In this document: piece after piece, positions 56,201-64,000 of the stretch
Layout of the letters: the number at the start of each line of letters is the position of its first letter
Numbering within the stretch: position 1 is the first letter of the stretch
Assembly (NCBI RefSeq): GCF_009834535.1
Contig: NC_045696.1
Coordinates: forward strand, 88,166,001-88,230,000
Direction of reading: 5' to 3'
From: Camelus ferus
Taxonomy: Eukaryota
Length of the DNA: 64,000 nt
Notes under the pieces: generated by a model
The model's input: the letters and a program-made list of their open reading frames with translations, nothing else
What the model was told of the DNA's origin: nothing
Databases searched by the model: none
Translations under genes and position numbers: made by a program

Positions 56201-58098
56201 AGACTTAATCTATGCAGGGATCTATGGCAAAGTGGGACAGAAACAGCTCTGTGCTGTTTGCCTTTATTAGCAGGATTCCAAAGCGCTCCTGGGACTGGCC
56301 TCAATGTTATACGAAGCTTTCACTGAAATTGTGCCTCCTAAGTTTCTCACAGCCTTTCTGAATTACATGGGACTCAAACATGAATCCAATGGCGACTACA
56401 CTCAATGCAGAGTATGTCCTCCTAAGTTTTTTCCACTGGATGTTTTCAGCAAAACTGGTTCATTCTTTCCCAAATAAGATTCCTCAAGCCTCCTTCAAAT
56501 AGGTGTCTGGTGGGCCCAACACTCAATTTCACTCTAGGTAAATCCCATTTAGAACCCAGCTGGAGTTCCTACTTTATCAATATCATAGATGATTAAATTA
56601 CTAAAGATGGAGCATGTTTGAACAAATGTAAACATTTTAAGTAAATATTCAAATAATCAAAATGCTCCATTTCAACATTTTAGAGTAACAAAGAAGATCC
56701 CTTAATTAATATAAAGGACAAGGTCCTTTAAATATACTTTATATAAGTAGCATAATTCCAAGTCCTATTTGACAATTGCAGGAGGCCCCATCCTTACGCC
56801 AGGGGTCTAACCCTGAGATATTCCTAAGGACCTCCAGCACTGTTTACTTAATCTAGGGTTAATTCCCAACTATCTGGGCCTCCTCAGACAGCCCACCACA
56901 CCCTGCAGTTTCTGCCAGTGGCAGTGGGGCCACCCAGACGAGGGCCCCATCTGCCGTGGCTATTGTAGCTCTCCTGCAGGTGCTGGGCCAGAGAAGTTTG
57001 AGCACGAGCCACACGTTGTGCCCCAAAGCAGACTCTCTCACGATGGCTCCAAGCTTGGCCAGACTACACCCTGTTGACTTCCCAGAAGCACAACTAAAAA
57101 GCAAGCGCTATGCTCCTGAAGAGACCATCTCAAATTCTAAGTTATTCAATCCTTAACAAACCCAAACAGAGGGCACTAATAGTCCCGATTGAATATCTTT
57201 TAGGAAAACTATTTCTGTTCCGTCTTTTAAAAGTAAAATATGTACATCTAATTGACATTACCAAACGGAACACAATGCATGCATTCTCAGATTCGAAGTA
57301 ACCTCATACTTCTATCTGAAAGCAAGGGGTGGGTATTTTTTTTCTTACAGACCTGGAATGAAAGAGCCTATTCTGAAGCATTTCCTTAACAAGAGTAGTC
57401 GATTCCAAAGGTAAGGACATTTGTCCCTCCATAAAACCAAATTGCCAGCCAGCCTGCAATGAACAGTTTCCTAGTAAATCTTTTAAAAGGTAAAGTCCCT
57501 GCCGTGTAAGTAGTTTTTTTTTAATCTAAAAACAATTTGTACTTTCTTACCGAAAACATCATTTAAAAGCTTTTCAAATTGAATTTTATATATATATATT
57601 TTTGTATAAGTACTACCTGAAGATGGTACAAAATTCAAAGTATGCAAAGCACATCTCTCTGCCACCCCATTCACCTTCCCAGAAACAACCACTCTTAGTG
57701 ATAATTTTTTATGCTTTCCAGAGATTGCAGAAGAACTGATGCCAGTGTAATGGAGTAAGACATCTTTGGAAGCTTCCTGAGTCAACTTCTCCTCCTTAAC
57801 TTTCCACGTATTAGGATCCTATTGTGTTCTAGTTTCAGTATTTTCCTCCGTCCCTATAATTGTTCTGATCTTACCGTCCAGTAGCTCTTTCGCATACTCT
57901 TTCCCAATGCAAGATGGTGGCTGTTTTGCCCCTTAATAGGAGCTTTGTTCTGCAAAGTAGGGAAGTTGCATTTTTGGTTAGATCCTGCTGACTTGTTTGT
58001 TTTCCTTATCCAATTCAGTTGGCTACTTCTTCGGATTTTTTTGAGCTTTTCTGAGAGTAGGCACTTTAGTGCAAAAAGCGTGTAGAGTGTCAAAAACT

Positions 58099-58590
58099 GT
58101 GAAGGGCCTGAGATTTTAACCTACTTGCAAACTAACCCTTAGCCTCCCACCGTCTAATGGATGTTGATAGAGGACCTAAGACTCCTGGGTCAGAGACAAA
58201 GGACAGATTATTGCTCGGTGCAACAGTGATAGCCAGAGTACCATCATGTGTGCCAGTTCCCCAAGCCTCAGGTACCACAATGTGACATCCAGATGGTGAA
58301 AAGATACCTGCATGAGAAGCACAGTGCATTACAGGAGAGGAACCCTCAACATAAGGATCTCAAATCTTTCACAATGGGAAGTAAACGTGTCTGACTTGTG
58401 CTCCAAAAAGGGACATATTTATTACACTGGACAGTATGCAAATCTGCCCATTGCTCTGGAGGGAGACATTACCTTCCAAGGCTCTTTACTATACAAATAC
58501 CCTCAAGAAGGTAGTTCATAACAAAGGTAGTCAGTTCCTCTGCTCACAAGATATGCAGACGTGAGATTATGGAGAATTATCTCCAGAAAT
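58099..58590 (-). mobile_element. ERV solo LTR (family not assigned)
   Basis: tgaagggcctgagattttaacctacttgcaaactaac...gactcctgggtcagagacaaaggac resembles an ancient ERV1-class LTR end. Confidence 0.6.
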
Positions 58591-59580
58591 GCAGTGCCTA
58601 CAATCTGCTGGACACTGGCAGGAATTTCAATACGTTCATTCAGCAAGCTTTTATTGAGCATTTGCTATGTTCCAGGGACCATGACTGGTGTCCATTAAAG
58701 GAAATAATGTAAGTGAGGAATTTTTTAACTGTGGAGAGATAAGCGTTAGCTCTTTTCCTATTACCTTAGCTGATATATCTCTTTAGTGTTTGCCATTAGT
58801 CGGTGTTGTGTCCACTGTTGTTGCTGGTTATCCTGCAATGTCTATGTTGGTCTTTTCCTTCCACAGCTGGGGTTTAGGGGAAGAGCCGGAGTACTAAAGC
58901 CACAGGGCCTGGCTTCCTCTGTACAGAACAAACTGGCTTCTCTTTGCTCGTGGCCAGCTTTCCTGGGGCTTTCAATCTCCTCCATTCACAAAGGGATGAA
59001 GGGAGAATCTGATTAGGCTGGAACTCAGAACTGTAAAAATTCTCAGCTGTGAAATCAGACAATATTTAAGTACATTTAAAAATGTTAAGCCAAAGACTGT
59101 TCTATTGAGTTGCTTTCTAAGTTGAGTTAATACATTTTACTTACCCAGAATTAGGCATGGTATATGCCTAATTATGGTATGTTATACAATGAATAAAAAG
59201 TACTGGTAACTCTGAATATTTTTAACATATATTCATGTAACAAAATCTCTGAAGTGAAAAAAACCAACTGTTTTGTAAATTTATACATAATACAGAAATT
59301 GTTTATGTAATTCCAAACAAACAAACAAACAAAAACTTGAGGTAAGAGAATGTAACTTTCTGGGATTGGGGGCTTTTTATCTTATTTTTATTTATTGTTA
59401 TTATTTTTTTAAAACAATTCATTGAAATATAATCAAAATGCAGCAAACTGCATATATTTAAATTATATAATTCGAGGGGTTTTTACATATGAATATACCC
59501 ATAAAACGTCACAACATTCAAGATAATAAACATTCACTCCCCAAAGTTTCCTTGTGCCCTTTTGTAATTCCTCCCTCCAG

Positions 59581-60537
59581 CAGAGTGAAAAGGCAACTTA
59601 TGGAATGGGAGAAAATATCTGCAAACTATATATCTGATAAGGGGTTAATATCCAAAATGTATGTCTTAAAACTCAATAGCAAAAATAAATAAATAAATAG
59701 CCCAATTAAGAAATGAGCAAAAGACTTGAATAAATGTTTCTCCAAAGAAGACATAGAGATGGTCAACAAACATATAAAAAGATGCTCAACTTCACTAATC
59801 ATCAGATAAATGCAAATCAAAACCGTGATGAAATATCAACTCATATCCGTTATAATGGCCACTATCCAAAAAAAGTCAGAAAATAACAAGTGATGCAGAG
59901 GATGTGGAGAAATTGGAACCCTTGTGCACTATGGATGAGAATGTAAAATGGAGAAACCACTAGGGAAAATAGTATGCAGATTCCAAAAAGAAAATTAAAA
60001 AATAGAATTACCACATGATCCAGCAATTCTTCTTCTGGGTATTTATCCAAAAGAATTGAAATCAGGATCTCAAAGAGACACAGGCACACGCATGTTCATG
60101 AAAGCACTATTCACAATAGCCAAGAGGTGGAAGCAACCTAAATATGCATCAATGAATGAATAAAGAAAATGTGGTACATACATACAATGACATATTATTC
60201 AACCATTAAAAAGAAAGAAATCCTGTCCTTGAGGACATCATGCTAAATGAGATGAGTCAATCACAAAAGGACAAATGCTGTATGATTCCACTTCTTTGAG
60301 GTATCTAAAGTAGACAAAATCAGAAACAGAAAATAGAATAATGGTTTCCAGGGCTGAAGGGCGGGAGAAATGGGGAGTTGCTGTCCAATGGGTACAGAAT
60401 GCAGGTCATGTAAGATGGAAAAGTTCTAGAGAGATACTACAACATTGTGCCTACACTTAACAATACTGTGCTGTACATTTAAAGATGTGTGAGGAAGAGA
60501 GATTTCATGTTATATGATTTTTTACCACATAAAAAAT
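59581..60537 (+). mobile_element. L1MA/MB-type ORF2 end and 3' UTR
   Basis: agagtgaaaaggcaacttatggaatgggagaaaatatctgcaaac...gcaaatcaaaacc...ctagagagatactacaacattgtgcc. Confidence 0.92.
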
Positions 60538-60714
60538 TCATTTGGGAGCGACAGATAATTATCAAATAACTATCTGAAATGTCAGACAAGGAAATGAAGA
60601 ATGAAAAAGCAGGGTAAAAGGATAAGGGGAAAAATCCAGTTGTACATGCATGGGTGGATTTATTTCTGTTCTACTGATCTATGTATCTATCCTTATGCCA
60701 ATATGACACTGTCT

Positions 60715-61265
60715 TCTTTTTATCCATTTATTGAGGAATGGTTGACATACAAAAATCTATACATATTTCACTTTAAATATCTTATAATTTATCCATTATA
60801 CCTCAATAAAGTTGGAGGGAAAAACAGTAATTGGAAAATTCAGTGAAAAATTAAAAAGAATGGTGTTTGGGAAAAACCTGTACATATTTAATGTATACAA
60901 CTTGATGAATCTGGTGATAAGTATATATCCAGGAAACTATCACCACAATCTATGTTATAAACATATCCATCTATAAATAATTTACAAAACATATCCAGCA
61001 CCCACAAAAGTTTCTTCCCATCCTCTTAATTTTGTGTGTGTGTCTAATAAGAACACTTCACATAAGATCTATCCTCTCAGCAAAGTTTTAAGTATATAAT
61101 ATTGTTAACTATATGAGGAAGCTGAAACAGTCAAACTCATAGAAGCAGAGAATAGATTGGCTGTTGCTAGGGCTTGGAAGGAGGGGGAAACAAGGGGTAT
61201 TTGTGAAACAATACAAAGTTGCAGTTATGCAAGTTGAATAAATCCTAGAGATCTGGTGTACAACA
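60715..61265 (-). mobile_element. L1MA-type 3' end with 5' inversion and a nested short insertion
   Basis: The minus segment runs 60715-~61113 and the plus segment ~61113-61265. The nested insert spans 60769-60871 with an 18-bp TSD. Confidence 0.75.
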
Positions 61266-61724
61266 CAGTTTCATCTCTAGAAATTCAGTTTAGGTGTTAT
61301 TTCATACCTTTCATTTCTCTCTTCATCATGCTCATGCTTTTCTCTACTTTCCTCAACACATGGAGTATATTTATAATAGCCAATTTATTGTCCTTTCCAA
61401 CTCTATCATCAATGCCATCTTTTTGTTTCTATTAATTTACTTTTGTCTTCATTATGAGTCATATTTTACTGCCTCCTTGTATACCTGGTAATTTTTTATT
61501 AGATGCCAGACATTGTGATTTTTACATTGTTGGATACTGGGTTTTTTGTAATCCTTTAAATATTTTTGAATACTGATGCAGAAATTTTCTTAGAAATGGA
61601 TACTAATTTTTTCCCATTAAATATTTTTAGGCTCTGTTTTAGGATGTGGTTCATTTACTAGGAAATAGATACTTTTGTTTTTAACCTTTACTAAGCAGGT
61701 TTAAAACAGCATTTAGTCTAGGGT

Positions 61725-61902
61725 AGGTCTCAGCAAACTTTTTTGATAAAGGACCAGATAGTTACTACTTAGATTTGCAGGCCATGTATCTGTTGCGTAC
61801 TCTTCTTTATTTGCTTTCAACAACCCTTTAAAAATGTAAAAACAATTGCTAGCTTGTCAGCTGTTACAAAAAAGGCCAGACTGGACCTGCATGTCATAGT
61901 TT
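61725..61902. mobile_element. MER58-like hAT-Charlie MITE within old L1-like sequence
   Basis: tcagcaaacttttttgataaaggaccagatagt...gatttgcaggccatg...aaaaatgtaaaaacaattgctagc. Confidence 0.7.
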
Positions 61903-64000
61903 TCTCTTCTTCATCCAGGGCCATTTGACTCTCTTCTCAATGTCCTAGGAATAAATAGGCCTTTCCACTCTGGCTGGTAGAAACCCAAACTGCTCCTGAC
62001 ACCACGTGAGCTCCACGGACGATTCCGTCTGATCCTTTCTATATAAACATTCGAGAGCCAGATGTCCAGAACTCTCTGGCTATGCAGCTCTCCTCTCCAG
62101 TACCAGTACTCTGCTCTTTCCATTTTAAGTGTCTTGGCTCCCATGAACTCTGCACTCTGTCTCCTCAGCTGGGAGAGACAGCCAGGTTCTGTATGGACTC
62201 CCCGACCCTGCACTGAAGCCTGGAAACTCTCTTTAGCCTGTAGCTTGAGTGACTGTGGGCTTCATCTTGTTTGTTCCCTTCTCTCAGAGATCATTTTCAT
62301 GTACTGTCCGAGGTTCAATATCTGAAAACCATTGTTCCATATATTTTGTCTGGTTATTTACTTGTTTAAGATAAATCCTGTGCCTGTTAATCCATCCTGG
62401 ACAGAGATGGCAGTAAAGAATACAATTTTGAAATATTTATTTACATAAAATTAAGTATTGATTCAAGCTCAAGCAGAAGCATCACAGTTTACTTTTTCCA
62501 ATAACGTATGTAAATTGAATTATGCTCATATATTGTATGAACCACAAGAAGAAAATATTTTCTTAGGGAAAACATTTTTGGAAAAGAAATTCCATATGTA
62601 AGTAGAAATAAAGAAATATCTATTAATATTGAAAAGACAAATTTTTACTTAATTGTAATATTTCCTGAGAATGAGAAAGTTGTTTAAAAATATCACTAGC
62701 TAAAAAGAAGCTATAGAATTTGCCTCACTTAGACGTTGTAACTAAAACATATTCATATCTGTTTAAAGTTTTTGAAATGTGGGACTGGCATCATATTTGG
62801 TAAGTAAGCTTTATATTGAGAACAGCAATAGCTATTTTAAGGATTCCAAACAATTTAGTTATTAGAAAAAATAAAAGAGTTTCACTTATTTAAAAACTAG
62901 GACAGCAATTTTAGTATTATATATGCGAAGCCTTTAAATGTATAAAGTAAATAAATTCAACTTATACGGGTCTTTTAAGCACTATCAGCTATTGCTCTAA
63001 GTACCTCTAATGACTTCTTTCAGACTTTGTTTAGAATGCCAATTATTCCAAATGACATGTTCACTATAATTTTACGTCTTTCTCTATTTCAAAACTATTT
63101 CAACTTGTGGTGATATTGCTTTCCAGCAATTAAGCTAAAAATGTGCATTAAGTAGTCAACATTAGAACCTAAATTATATGAGCAAAACATCTCATCCATG
63201 AATTTCCAAGAAAAGTTTTTTTTATAATTTAACTGACTAACCATTCTTCTTCCACTAACTGAAAAAACAATAATACTGCTAAGAGAGTTCCATTAAAATG
63301 CCACTTTTAACTTGGAATAAATTCTTAGAAAATCAGTCTACCTTCATTAGAAGATATTAAGGTCATTCTGATGCTATAAACAAATAATACAATTTCATAT
63401 TCTTATCTATCAGTGAAGCGTATCTTTTTTACAGAAATTAACTTAGCTCATGCTAGACCCTTTAGAAAGCAAGGGAGTATAATATACATGCTTCCTGCCT
63501 TCATGGAACTGACAATGTTGTTGTAAAACAGGGGTATAAATATAGGAATTAAATAATAATGCAGAAGATACAATAAACAATTTGTGATTTAGTGTAAAAA
63601 TGATGCCATTTACTGAAAATCTACAGTGATTTTCTAACTCTACCATTCTTTCTGCATCTTTTAGCTGAACTTCTATAAGGAAGAATCTTCCCTCATCAAG
63701 TCTTCAGTTACATAAACATATAATTCACACAGATAAGGCAGAGCAAGCAAGGTTCTTTCCCTTTTTCAGTTTTCCAGAGAAATGACTGGAGCTCTGGCAA
63801 CCTCCAGTGGTGAATGTGGGATATTTTCTTTGTTTTGTCTTGCTGTCTTTACAAACTCACTAGTTTTTACATATGTGCTGTGTTATAACTCAATGCAGCC
63901 AGTCTTTTTGATGCTCAAATTATCTGGTGCACTGGGACCTCCTTTCCCCCAGCTGGCTACTCTGCACTGTTGACATGAGTTCATAAGACTTTTTTTAACA

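Overview
This is mammalian genomic DNA, most likely camelid (alpaca/llama/camel), judging from tRNA-Ala-derived vic-1-like SINEs and cetartiodactyl-type L1 3' ends. It holds one protein-coding gene, OTOL1 (otolin-1, the inner-ear otoconial collagen/C1q protein), on the minus strand. The four coding exons are 36491-36149, 32101-32012, 29059-28988 and 28333-27444. All three introns are GT-AG and phase 1, giving a 1395-nt CDS and an intact 464-aa protein, with a tandem AATAAA about 305 nt past the stop. The rest is AT-rich intronic/intergenic DNA dense in L1, L2, MIR, MaLR/ERVL LTRs, hAT elements and microsatellites. I found no convincing previously undescribed system. The best leads are: (1) a splice acceptor 8 nt before the OTOL1 ATG, with an in-frame candidate upstream exon near 44.0 kb; (2) apparent lineage-specific indels in otolin-1; (3) readable retrotransposition events (TSDs, possible 3' transductions, a twin-priming inversion) and a hAT transposase fossil. 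Repeat family names and boundaries were assigned by eye and are approximate. Comparisons with human OTOL1 are from memory and need confirming.
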